From Bacteroidota bacterium (GTDB lineage Bacteria > Bacteroidota > Rhodothermia > Rhodothermales > JBCDJV01), in assembly GCA_038747425.1 (NCBI GenBank), contig JBCDJV010000003.1, positions 26,857 through 90,856 on the forward strand: a DNA stretch of 64,000 nucleotides, given 5' to 3'. The translations under genes were made by a program, and so were the position numbers. Under the pieces are notes generated by a model that searched no databases, had not been told where the DNA came from, and saw only the letters and a list, made by a program, of their open reading frames with translations. The stretch's first letter is position 1. Each line of letters starts with the position of its first letter. Positions 9,948-18,989 of this stretch are shown here, in pieces.

Positions 9948-12900
9948 ATGGCTGCGGCCAAGAAATTCGGTGCCTTCAGCGGGGTCTTCACGCCATCGAT
10001 CCTCACGATCCTGGGCGTGATCATGTACCTCCGCCTCCCGACGATCGTGGGGCAAGCGGGGTTGTGGACCACGCTGGGCATTGTACTGCTGGCGCACCTC
10101 ATCTCGCTCACCACAGGCCTGAGCGTCTCGTCCATCGCCACGGACAAGAAGGTGAAGGTGGGGGGCACCTACTACATGCTCTCCCGGAGCCTGGGCTTGC
10201 CCATCGGAGGGACACTCGGGTTGGCGCTGTTTGTGGGCCTCTCGTTCAGCGTGAGCCTCTACTGCATCGGTTTCGCGGAAAGCTTTCTGAGCTACTGGGA
10301 CCTGCCGGTGTCGAAAAACACGATCCGGCTCGCCGGCAGCCTCACGCTGCTCACCGTGACCGTCGTGACGCTCATCAGCACGGCGCTGGCCCTGCGGATG
10401 CAGTTTTTCATCATGGCGGCCATCCTCCTGTCGCTGCTGTCCGTCTTTTTCGGCCAGCACGAGTTCACGCCGTCTGCCCCCGCCTTGGCCCCGCTGCCGG
10501 ACGCGCTGCCCTTCATCGTGCTGTTCGGCATCTTCTTTCCGGCGGTGACGGGCTTTGAGGCCGGCGTTTCGATGTCCGGCGACCTCCAGGACCCCAAGCG
10601 AGATATCCCGCGCGGCACCTTGTGGGCCATCGGCGTAGGGCTCGTGGCGTACATCGGGCTCACGTTTTTCTTCTCCTACACCGTCGATGCCGTGGCTTTG
10701 GCCACCAACCCGCGCATCCTGGTGGAGATGGCGTGGCTGGGTCCGCTGGTGGTGGCGGGCATCTGGGGCGCTACCATCTCATCGGCGCTGGGTAGCATCC
10801 TGGGCGCCCCACGCATCCTGCAGGCCACCGCCCTGGACCGCATCACACCCCGCTTCTTCGGCGTGGGCTACGGCAAGGGGAATGAGCCGCGCCATGCCCT
10901 CATCCTCACCTTCCTGATTGCCGAGGCCGGCATCTTGATCGGGGAGCTGGACGTGATCGCGCGCATCGTGTCCATGTTCTTCATCACCACCTACGGCTTC
11001 CTGAACCTGAGCTGCGCCATCGAGAGCTGGGCCAGCCCAGACTTCCGGCCAGACTTCAAGATCCCGCGCTGGGTCAGCATCCTGGGGTCCGGGGCGTGCT
11101 TTGTGGTGATGATCCTGCTGGACCTGGTGGCCATGATCGGGGCGTCGGTGCTCCTGGCGGGCGTCTACGTCTACCTCAAGCGCAAAGAGCTGACCCTGGA
11201 GTCGGGCGACACGTGGGAGGGCGTCTGGTCGTCGCTCATCCGCGCCGGGCTTGCTCGCCTGGAGCAGAGCCGCAGCCACGAGCGCAACTGGCGTCCCAAC
11301 ATCCTGCTCTTCAGCGGGGGCACGCAGGCCCGGCCTCACCTCCTGGAGTTCGGGCAGCGCCTCGTCAAGAAACGCGGCCTGCTCTCCAACTTCGACCTGG
11401 AGGAACGACCCGACGCCCGGCGCTTGCTGTCACGCCTGGAGCCAACCCCTGAGCTGGCAGAAGAGCCGGACGGCGGCGTCTTCACCCGCCACGTGGAGGT
11501 GCGCGATGTGTATGACGCCATCGGCACCATCGCCACGTACTACGGGTTCGCGGGCGTGGAGCCCAACACGGTGATGATGGGGTGGGCCCGCAATACGGCC
11601 GAGCCGCAGCGCTTCGCCTATCTGCTCCAGACGCTCATCGACCAGGATCTCAACCTGCTCCTGCTCGACTACAAGAAGGAGCGCGGCTTCGGGGCGCGCG
11701 CCCGCATCGACGTCTGGTGGCGCGGGGGCGACAACAACATCACGCTGGCCCTGGCTCTGTTGCGATTCCTGACCACGTCCGATGAATGGCGCGAGGCCAC
11801 GATCCGGTTCCTCATCATCAACGACGGAGACACGGCGCTCAGCAGCACCCTCCAGAACCGGATGGAGTCTATCCTAGACGAATACCGGGTGGAGGGCGTG
11901 GTCCGCATCCTCAACAACGCCGTGGAGCAGCGTCCCGTGCGCGAGCTGATCGGCTTGGAATCCGCCGAGGCCGACCTGACGCTGCTCGGCGTGCCCTACC
12001 TCATCCCCGAGCACGGCCAGTCGTACGTGGAGTCGGTCAGCCGCCTAGCCGATGTCCTGGGGTCGGTCCTCTTGATCCGCGCGGCCTCGTCCTTCAACCG
12101 CCTGAGCCTGGGCTTTGAACACGTCACCCCCGTGGCCCTCCCCAGCGCTGACGACCTGGCGGACGACCTGCCCCCGGTGACGCTCCCTGACGACGAGACG
12201 CTCCAGTGGGCCTTGACGCGTTTCCAGGACAGCTTCGAGACGGTGGCCACCACCTTCGCCGACGGGCCGCTTCAGCAGGGCTTTGCCGCCTACGTGACCC
12301 TGGCCGATGAGATGCAGGACGCGGTGACGCGCACCTTCGATAGCGCAGAGCGGGCCTTGGGCGAGGAACAGCGCCTGCGCGCACGCAAGGGCCTCCAGCG
12401 CACTCGCAGCAGCTTCCTCTTCCAGGCGCAACAGCTCTGCGAGACCTTCCACGACGAGCGCCTCCCGGCCCATCGGGACCTCGTGCGCGACGGACTCAGC
12501 CAGCTTCGCACCAGCCTTCGCGACGTGCAGCGGCAGACGCCGGAAGAGGTGGCCGTGCCCCTGGATGATGCCACCCAGGCGGCCCTGCGCTCCGCCCCGC
12601 TGCTGACTCGCCTCCGCGTCGCCTTTGGTCGCCTAGCCGCTCGGCTCCAGGGCGAGCCCCCCACCTACGACGTTCCGCTGCGCGATGTGGTCACCACCAC
12701 CCTCCAAGGCCCCTATCAGCGTGAACTAGCCGAGACCCTGCACCGCTTCGGCTTTGCGAGCCATGAGGCCATCGGGGCCGTCCAACAGCTTATTGGCACC
12801 GTGGACGACAGCTTGGCTCGGCTAGACCAGGCGCTTCGTGACCCCGACCCGCTGGACGACGATCCCGTGCGACCGTTGTTGGTCCGGGAACGTCGGCGCG

Positions 12901-15068
12901 CCGAGGAGACCCTGGCTGAGATCCGGACCACCATCAACGACCATGGCAGCGCCACCAGCCGGCAGCTCGTCGCCATCACCCGTACGGCGCTCCAGGCCGT
13001 GATCCAGGCCAGCACCCCGCCGGTCACGCCCCTCCCGCGGGCCGACGCCGAGCCAGCGCGCCCCGCCACCGAGCTGATCGATGCCTGGTCCGAGAACCAG
13101 GCCCTCCTGCTGAACCGGGCCTACCTGGACCTGCGCCTCTTGGCGTTCAAGCAGCGCATGGCCACGATCGTCCATCGCTCTGAAACCGAGCTGGTGGTAC
13201 AGCTTCAAGCCCTCACCGAGCGCTTTGCCGAGTTGGACGAGCACCTGTTGGCCGTGGCCACCTCGGAGCCACAGGCCCCGCCCGCTCGTCTGGCCGCCTT
13301 CGATGCGGGCCTCCGCGTGGACGGCCCCCGCGTGGTCGAGCAGCTCAGCACCGACCTGCACGAGGCCATGGCCAATCTACCCGAGACGGTCCGCACGCTC
13401 TCCGAAGAGGCCGTGCAGCGCCTCGGCGAAACCCCGTTCGAAGAGCTGTCGGCCGTTACCGTATCTCTCCAGCGCGTGGTGGAATACCTCGTCGACATGG
13501 AGTTTCTGACTCCGCTGCGTGCCGAGGTGGCGGAATGGCCAGGGCAGACGGGCCGCGCCCGCGCCGTGGCCCAGGAGGTGTTCCGGCTGGCCACCTTCCA
13601 GCTCTACGACACCCAGGGCGACGGGACCGGTCCTCCGCTCGACGACCCTGCCACCGAGGCCTCGCTGGTGGCCCACGGCCGCGCCCGCTTAGCCGATGAG
13701 CAGGGACGCCTGAACCAGCTCTTGGCCGACCTGCAGCCCTTCGTGCGGGCACGCCTGCGCGTCACGTTCAACCAGTTCAGTGCGTACGCGGTGACCCGCA
13801 CCGAGGGGCCCATGCAGCAGTACGTGCGCGGGCATACCGGCCGCGTGGTCCGCTCCCAGGCGCGCGACGCCCTCGCTCGCGCCGGGAAGGCGATGTCAGA
13901 CCAGGTGGTGCAGCTCCTGTATCGGCGCAGCGAGGGCGTGCTCTATGCCCGACAGCTGCAGGACGCCCTCGACGTCCAGACCGCCGCCGAGGTGGGCCTC
14001 CAGGTGCGCGAGGCCATGGCCCCTCGTCCTGAGGTGCTCAAGGCCCTCCCTTTCTACTACCGGCAGCTGTTCCTGGGCACGCCGCCTCTCACCGACGACC
14101 TGTGTGTGGGCTGGGAGGATGAGCTGGGCGAAGTACGCCGGGCGCTCACGCAGCATCGCCGGGGCTTTCGCGGCGGCCTCCTGATTGTGGGGGAACGCCT
14201 GGCTGGCAAGACCTCGCTGGCCCAAGCCATCGCCCGTACGCATTTCAAGCCGCATGCCGTCTTCACGGTACAGCCGCCCCCTGGAGGCTCCACCAGCCCC
14301 GACGTGCTCCTGCAACGCCTCCAACACGCCACGGGCCTGGCCGAGCCCCCCGAGACCCTCTTCGATCACCTCCCCGCGTCGAGCGTGGTGATCGTGGATC
14401 GCCTGGAGCAGTGGTGGGCACGAACCGCCGACGGACACGCTGCCCTGAAGGTGTTGCTCGAATGGATTGACCGCTATGGAGACCGTTGCCTGTTCCTCTT
14501 CACGGCCAACCTGCACGCGTACCGCCTGATGGATCGCCTCTACGACCTGCAGGGGCACTTCCTGTCCGTGGTGGCCTGTGCACCGGCACATGCCGAACAG
14601 CTCAAAGAGATCGTCCTCCAGCGCCACCAGACCACCGGCCTGGCATTCACCCTGGACGGCACGCCCGAGGCCTCCCTGTCCGCCTGGAAGCGGGCCCAGC
14701 TCTTCACCGCTTTCTTCGACTACGCGCGTGGCAACGTGGGCGTGGCCTTGCACGCGTGGATCGCCCACATTGAACGGGCCACCCGCACCGAGCTGACCCT
14801 GCGCTGGCCCACCCCCCCCGACGCCGACGTCCTGCGCCGGCTCCCCCCCTTGCAGCAAGCCCTGCTCGTGCACTTTGTGCTCCACGGCCCCCTCACGCGC
14901 CCCCGCCTCGGCGAGACCACCACCCTGGATCCCAACGCCCTGGACGACGCCCTCCGCGACCTCATTCGTGCAGGCATCGTGGATAAGTCAGACCGGGAGC
15001 TGTACAGTATCAACGTCTTCCTCCAGCCCCACGTGACGCATCTGTTCACCCAGAAAGGATGGCTTTGA
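9948..15068 (+). CDS. Fusion protein: cation-chloride cotransporter (SLC12/CCC, APC superfamily) plus SLC12 C-terminal domain, a helical region of about 650 aa, and a P-loop NTPase (AAA_16/Arch_ATPase-like) with a winged-helix-like tail
   Basis: One uninterrupted ORF (TTG 9915, first ATG 9948). The N-terminus aligns residue by residue with CCC hallmarks: KFGAFSGVFTPSILTILGVIMYLRLP, GGTYYMLSRSLG, FFPAVTGFEAGVSMSGDL. NWRPNILLF opens the cytosolic SLC12 C-domain. Walker A GERLAGKT is at 14190..14213 and Walker B-like VVIVDRLE at 14385..14408. Lead-in is CVGWEDELGEVRRAL. Confidence 0.8.
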   Translation: MAAAKKFGAFSGVFTPSILTILGVIMYLRLPTIVGQAGLWTTLGIVLLAHLISLTTGLSVSSIATDKKVKVGGTYYMLSRSLGLPIGGTLGLALFVGLSFSVSLYCIGFAESFLSYWDLPVSKNTIRLAGSLTLLTVTVVTLISTALALRMQFFIMAAILLSLLSVFFGQHEFTPSAPALAPLPDALPFIVLFGIFFPAVTGFEAGVSMSGDLQDPKRDIPRGTLWAIGVGLVAYIGLTFFFSYTVDAVALATNPRILVEMAWLGPLVVAGIWGATISSALGSILGAPRILQATALDRITPRFFGVGYGKGNEPRHALILTFLIAEAGILIGELDVIARIVSMFFITTYGFLNLSCAIESWASPDFRPDFKIPRWVSILGSGACFVVMILLDLVAMIGASVLLAGVYVYLKRKELTLESGDTWEGVWSSLIRAGLARLEQSRSHERNWRPNILLFSGGTQARPHLLEFGQRLVKKRGLLSNFDLEERPDARRLLSRLEPTPELAEEPDGGVFTRHVEVRDVYDAIGTIATYYGFAGVEPNTVMMGWARNTAEPQRFAYLLQTLIDQDLNLLLLDYKKERGFGARARIDVWWRGGDNNITLALALLRFLTTSDEWREATIRFLIINDGDTALSSTLQNRMESILDEYRVEGVVRILNNAVEQRPVRELIGLESAEADLTLLGVPYLIPEHGQSYVESVSRLADVLGSVLLIRAASSFNRLSLGFEHVTPVALPSADDLADDLPPVTLPDDETLQWALTRFQDSFETVATTFADGPLQQGFAAYVTLADEMQDAVTRTFDSAERALGEEQRLRARKGLQRTRSSFLFQAQQLCETFHDERLPAHRDLVRDGLSQLRTSLRDVQRQTPEEVAVPLDDATQAALRSAPLLTRLRVAFGRLAARLQGEPPTYDVPLRDVVTTTLQGPYQRELAETLHRFGFASHEAIGAVQQLIGTVDDSLARLDQALRDPDPLDDDPVRPLLVRERRRAEETLAEIRTTINDHGSATSRQLVAITRTALQAVIQASTPPVTPLPRADAEPARPATELIDAWSENQALLLNRAYLDLRLLAFKQRMATIVHRSETELVVQLQALTERFAELDEHLLAVATSEPQAPPARLAAFDAGLRVDGPRVVEQLSTDLHEAMANLPETVRTLSEEAVQRLGETPFEELSAVTVSLQRVVEYLVDMEFLTPLRAEVAEWPGQTGRARAVAQEVFRLATFQLYDTQGDGTGPPLDDPATEASLVAHGRARLADEQGRLNQLLADLQPFVRARLRVTFNQFSAYAVTRTEGPMQQYVRGHTGRVVRSQARDALARAGKAMSDQVVQLLYRRSEGVLYARQLQDALDVQTAAEVGLQVREAMAPRPEVLKALPFYYRQLFLGTPPLTDDLCVGWEDELGEVRRALTQHRRGFRGGLLIVGERLAGKTSLAQAIARTHFKPHAVFTVQPPPGGSTSPDVLLQRLQHATGLAEPPETLFDHLPASSVVIVDRLEQWWARTADGHAALKVLLEWIDRYGDRCLFLFTANLHAYRLMDRLYDLQGHFLSVVACAPAHAEQLKEIVLQRHQTTGLAFTLDGTPEASLSAWKRAQLFTAFFDYARGNVGVALHAWIAHIERATRTELTLRWPTPPDADVLRRLPPLQQALLVHFVLHGPLTRPRLGETTTLDPNALDDALRDLIRAGIVDKSDRELYSINVFLQPHVTHLFTQKGWL

Positions 15069-15141
15069 GAGCGTGTGAGAGTATGGGGCCCGTAGCTCCA
15101 AACGCTCACGCTGCCTCACCCCCTCACACCCTCACCCCCCC

Positions 15142-15882
15142 ATGACTGACCCCGGCCTTCTCAACCTCTTGCCTCGGCTCCTCCTGGCCGTGTCCCTGCT
15201 GGTCGGGCTTCTGTTGCTGCGGCGGATTCTGCGCCTGCTGCGGTTGGAGCCCGATCAACAGGCTCGCCTGGACCGCTGGCGGCCTACAGTGGAGCTCCTG
15301 GCGGGCGGGCTCTATGCGGTCTGGGCGCTCATGCTGGTGCTGCCGCCCGAGCCACGTACCCGCTGGGTGGTGGCCATCGCCCTGCTCTTCTTGCTGGTTG
15401 TGGGGGCTTGGTTTGCCGTCCAGGACGTGGTAGCGGGCGTGGTCCTCCGATCCGAGCGAGCCCTGCGCATCGGGCTGGCTTTGCACACGCCGGAGGCCGA
15501 GGGCCGCCTCACGAAGATCGGCTATCGAGGGCTGGAAGTAGAGACGGACCACGGCCTCCGGGTGCAGATCCCCTACCGCCGCCTCGTCAAAAACCCGTTG
15601 GCCCTGGACGACGAGCGGGAGACCGCCTCAGCCCACACGTTCCAGGTGGCCCTACCGGCCACGCAGCCAGTCCCCGTGCTGCGGGAGCACCTCCGCGTGG
15701 CCGCCCTGAATACCTTCTGGGCCTCGGTCCAGCGCCCTCCCCAGGTCGACTACGAAGCGCACCGCCATGAGGCGCACCACTTTGAGGTGACGGTGTACGG
15801 CCTGGACGACGCCTACGGCCCCCTCATCGAAGCCCACGTGCGCGCGGCCGTCTTGCCAACGGCCGACCCTTCAGCCGGGTAG
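15142..15882 (+). CDS. Minimal MscS-family (mechanosensitive channel-like) membrane protein
   Basis: 246 aa with three hydrophobic helices, then QDVVAGVVLRSERALRIG...GRLTKIGYRGLEVETDHGLRVQIPYRRL. This matches the MscS pore helix plus beta-domain signature. Starts 73 nt after the CCC-fusion stop on the same strand. Confidence 0.65.
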   Translation: MTDPGLLNLLPRLLLAVSLLVGLLLLRRILRLLRLEPDQQARLDRWRPTVELLAGGLYAVWALMLVLPPEPRTRWVVAIALLFLLVVGAWFAVQDVVAGVVLRSERALRIGLALHTPEAEGRLTKIGYRGLEVETDHGLRVQIPYRRLVKNPLALDDERETASAHTFQVALPATQPVPVLREHLRVAALNTFWASVQRPPQVDYEAHRHEAHHFEVTVYGLDDAYGPLIEAHVRAAVLPTADPSAG

Positions 15883-16563
15883 CTCTGCCACCAGCTGCTC
15901 GAACCGGACCAGTTCGGCCTCCATACGCTGACGCAGGGGCGCTAGCCGGGGATCGTCGTGCCGCCGTGACACCTCCAGCACGGCTCGGTGGAACCAGCGC
16001 TGCCGGTCCGGCCCCGCGCTCAGGGCGCGGCGCGTGGGGGTGCTGGTGAAGATGTCGATGCCGCGGCACAGGCTCTCGTCCATCGTCCACAAGTTGTGCA
16101 GCTTGTCCGCCAGGCTGATGGCCACCCCCCCCGCCGAGGCGGTGCGCAGCTGGGCCACGTAGCCCTCCTTGCGGGCCTGCCAGGAGCGTGGCTGCCCGTC
16201 CTCGTCGTATTTCTGCTCGGTCACCTCCATCACGCGGTCCGCTACGGCCGCCCCCATCAGGCGGCTCAGTTCCTCGTATCGGAGGTCCTGCCGGTATCGG
16301 TTGCGGTCCTCCACGGTGTCATGCAGGAAAGCGGCGGCCACCGTGACCTCGTCCCAGCCGGCCCGTTGCACGGTCAGCGCCACCGTGGTGACGTGCGCGA
16401 TGACGGGGACGCGCAGCACGGCCTCGTCCGGCACAGCGAAGGCGGCCTCGCGCCAGCGGCTCTTGCGGTAGGTAGCATCGTGCCACTGGGCCGAGAGCTC
16501 GATGGCTTGCTCGACGAGCGGACTGAAGAGGCCGGCGGCCATCGCGGAGGCGTCCGAGGACAT
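15871..16563 (-). CDS. HD-domain hydrolase, RelA/SpoT (Mesh1-like) (p)ppGpp hydrolase family
   Basis: VIAHVTTVA...AAFLHDTVEDRN...ADKLHNL. ATG 16563..16561 overlaps the bshC stop (TGATG). The 3' end overlaps the convergent MscS-like gene by 12 nt. Confidence 0.7.
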   Translation of the reverse strand: MSSDASAMAAGLFSPLVEQAIELSAQWHDATYRKSRWREAAFAVPDEAVLRVPVIAHVTTVALTVQRAGWDEVTVAAAFLHDTVEDRNRYRQDLRYEELSRLMGAAVADRVMEVTEQKYDEDGQPRSWQARKEGYVAQLRTASAGGVAISLADKLHNLWTMDESLCRGIDIFTSTPTRRALSAGPDRQRWFHRAVLEVSRRHDDPRLAPLRQRMEAELVRFEQLVAELPG

Positions 16564-18221
16564 CACAGCGGGAGGACTTGGTGCTGAGTGGTGTCGAGGT
16601 CGAGCTCTTCCAGCAACCGCGGGATGAGCTCGAAGCTGTACTTGTTGAGGTAGTACAGGATGCCGTATGTGCGCTCCTGCAGGCTCCCCCCAGGCACGAG
16701 GTTGACGATGGCCTTCTCCAGCTGCGTGCGGATGATTTCCTGGTTACGCTTCTCGGCCTTGATAACGCGTCCCTTGAAGCGCCCCACCTCGTTCATCAGG
16801 GCGGCCCGCAGCGCCTCGGTGGCCTTGCCCAGCGAGGTGTCCACGGCCGTAGCCACGGGCTTGAGGGTGTTGACTGCCTCGTGCAGAGCGGGCATGGCCT
16901 TGGCAAAGGCCGCCTCCACATCCAGCTCGGACTCGCGGAGGGCTGTGTCGCGGAAGAGCACCTCCAGATCCCCCTGCAGGTCGGGCAGGTGGAGGTCGTA
17001 GCGATCCAGCACCCTCTGCACCTTGGACTCCACCAGGGTGAGGCTAGCCCGGGGGTAGACCAGGGGCATGGGGAGACCGGCCCAGGCGTAGGCGGCCCGG
17101 TATTGCCCGAAGTAGGCCACCTCGCCGGGCCCCCCTACGTACGCCACCGTGGGCAACAGCAGGTCCTGCATCATGGGCCGCAGCACCACGTTGGGGCTGA
17201 ACCGCTCGGGCTCCGCATCCAGCAGGGCCAGCAGCTCGGCCCGGGTGTACGTTCGGTCTGTCCGACGCAAGCGGAAGACCTCGCCCTCTAGGTCGAGGGG
17301 GTGGCGGCCATCTGGCTCCAGCAGGAAGAGGTTGGTCGGCTGAACATGGACCTGCGCATGGTAGGTCGTCTCCAGATCCTCGGTGACCTCCTGAATAGCT
17401 CGATAGATCCCGTGCGGATCCTCCAGCTCCCGGCGAAAGAGCGGGCGTGCCAGCGCCTTGAGAGCAGGGTCGTCCGGGGCGATGAACACCACGCCCATCC
17501 CCGCCAGGAGGCGGCGCAGGAGCCGCCCGAAGGCATCGCCGAGGGTAGCACCGGGGGCATAGGCGGCCCGGACGGCCTCCATGACTGCGGGCTTGAAGTC
17601 GGTAGGTACCAAGGCCTCGTCCACCACGGTGAGGGCGGCCTCGATCTCGTCGGTCAGCGCGAGGCGTCCCACCGGGCCGAGGTTGCCCGTCTCGGGGGCG
17701 GCCGGGCCGGGGTACGAGACCCGGATGCGCTCGTTGCGACGCTGGAGGCAGACGTGCGCCACCTCGTCGAAGTCATGGTCGCCGGTGGCCATCCAGAAGA
17801 CCGGCACCACGGGGCGTCCGGTCTCGGCCGCGACCTGCCGGGCCAGTTTCACGGCGGTCAGCGCTTTGTAGATGGTGTAGAGCGGGCCGCTGAAGAGGCC
17901 CACCTGCTGCCCGGTGACCACCGCCACCGAGGCGGGATCGCGCAGGAGGTCCAGGTGGGCGGCCACCTCGGGCTCCACCCCCCAGCGTTCGTTCTGCACG
18001 CGCAGCGCCTCCACGAGCGCCTCTCGGGGCCGCTCGTGGGCGGCTGCCCGCTCGGAGGCGGCTTGCCGGTCTGCCGGGCTCCACGGATTCCCCGCGTAGA
18101 AGGAGAGCAAGGCGGGGTCAGCCTGGACGTAGGCTTGGAAGAGGGCAGACAGGCCCAGGTCGGCGAAGGAGTGACGCGTGACCGTCGGAGCGGCTGGCGT
18201 GGGCACGGCAGATTCCGCCAT
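16563..18221 (-). CDS. bshC: Bacillithiol biosynthesis cysteine-adding enzyme BshC
   Basis: 552 aa. AVVTGQQVGLFSGPLYTIYKALTAVKLA...VPVFWMATGDHDFDEV matches the conserved BshC (YllA) core. Confidence 0.85.
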   Translation of the reverse strand: MAESAVPTPAAPTVTRHSFADLGLSALFQAYVQADPALLSFYAGNPWSPADRQAASERAAAHERPREALVEALRVQNERWGVEPEVAAHLDLLRDPASVAVVTGQQVGLFSGPLYTIYKALTAVKLARQVAAETGRPVVPVFWMATGDHDFDEVAHVCLQRRNERIRVSYPGPAAPETGNLGPVGRLALTDEIEAALTVVDEALVPTDFKPAVMEAVRAAYAPGATLGDAFGRLLRRLLAGMGVVFIAPDDPALKALARPLFRRELEDPHGIYRAIQEVTEDLETTYHAQVHVQPTNLFLLEPDGRHPLDLEGEVFRLRRTDRTYTRAELLALLDAEPERFSPNVVLRPMMQDLLLPTVAYVGGPGEVAYFGQYRAAYAWAGLPMPLVYPRASLTLVESKVQRVLDRYDLHLPDLQGDLEVLFRDTALRESELDVEAAFAKAMPALHEAVNTLKPVATAVDTSLGKATEALRAALMNEVGRFKGRVIKAEKRNQEIIRTQLEKAIVNLVPGGSLQERTYGILYYLNKYSFELIPRLLEELDLDTTQHQVLPL

Positions 18222-18308
18222 TGGGAGAGCAGGGATGAGGGCTGGTACCGCTGGCGAGGCCGGTGCCCAGAGAAAAAGCCCGTACGGGTCTGTACAGGCT
18301 TGGATACG

Positions 18309-18917
18309 TCAGTTGGCGTCGCTCTTCAAGCGCTCGATCTCATCGCGCAGCTTAGCGGCCAGTTCATAGTCTTCTTCCGAGATGGCCTTCTCCAGGTCCT
18401 GCTCCATGCGCTCCAGCGTGGAGGTGGGACGAGCCGGGGCCGCCTCGCGCTCCGACTCGGCGGCTACGCTGGAGCCAGTCGATGCTTCCAGGGGCGAGAG
18501 GCTTTCGTCCTCGGTAGGAATACCGGCTTCGTCCAGCACGGCGGGGGCGACGAAGATAGGCGCATCCACGCGGACGGCCAGGGCCACGGCATCGCTCGGA
18601 CGGGCGTCCAGCTGACCTTCCTCGCCGCCCTGCAGGTAGCGCACCTTGGCGAAAAACGTGCCGTCGCGCAGCTCGTCGATGACCACATCCATCACCTCGG
18701 CATCAAGCGCTTCGAAGGCGTCGCGGAGGAGGTCGTGCGTCATCGGGCGGGGCGGCTGGATCTTCTCCAATTCCAGGGCGATGGCTTGCGCCTCAAAGGC
18801 CCCAATGATGATGGGCAGGCGCCGGTTGCCCTCGATCTCGCCCAGCACCAACGCATAGGCGCCTCCGCTAGACGGACTCGTGGATAACCCAATGATGTCG
18901 ACCTGAATGAAATCCAT
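18309..18917 (-). CDS. Bifunctional nuclease (BFN) family protein with C-terminal UVR motif
   Basis: ATG at 18917 (MDFIQVDIIGLSTSPSSGGAYALVLGE...RRLPIIIGAFEAQAIALELE...RPMTHDL). C-terminal EDYELAAKLRDEIERLK is a UvrB/C-type motif. Confidence 0.8.
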   Translation of the reverse strand: MDFIQVDIIGLSTSPSSGGAYALVLGEIEGNRRLPIIIGAFEAQAIALELEKIQPPRPMTHDLLRDAFEALDAEVMDVVIDELRDGTFFAKVRYLQGGEEGQLDARPSDAVALAVRVDAPIFVAPAVLDEAGIPTEDESLSPLEASTGSSVAAESEREAAPARPTSTLERMEQDLEKAISEEDYELAAKLRDEIERLKSDAN

Positions 18918-18989
18918 AGCGGAAGGTGTGATGCGGCTGGGCGGTTCAGGGGAAGGCCCGCATGTATACAAGAATGACGGCCTGGGCCG

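Noticed and set aside
13896-14885. 329-aa minus-strand ORF under the NTPase part of the CCC fusion. I considered whether the real gene here is on the other strand, which would make the fusion's C-terminus an artefact.
   Set aside because: The plus frame carries coherent Walker A/B motifs, an FVGRxxEL-like lead-in and a wHTH-like tail, and keeps high GC3. The minus-strand product is Gly/Gln/His/Arg-rich with no motifs.
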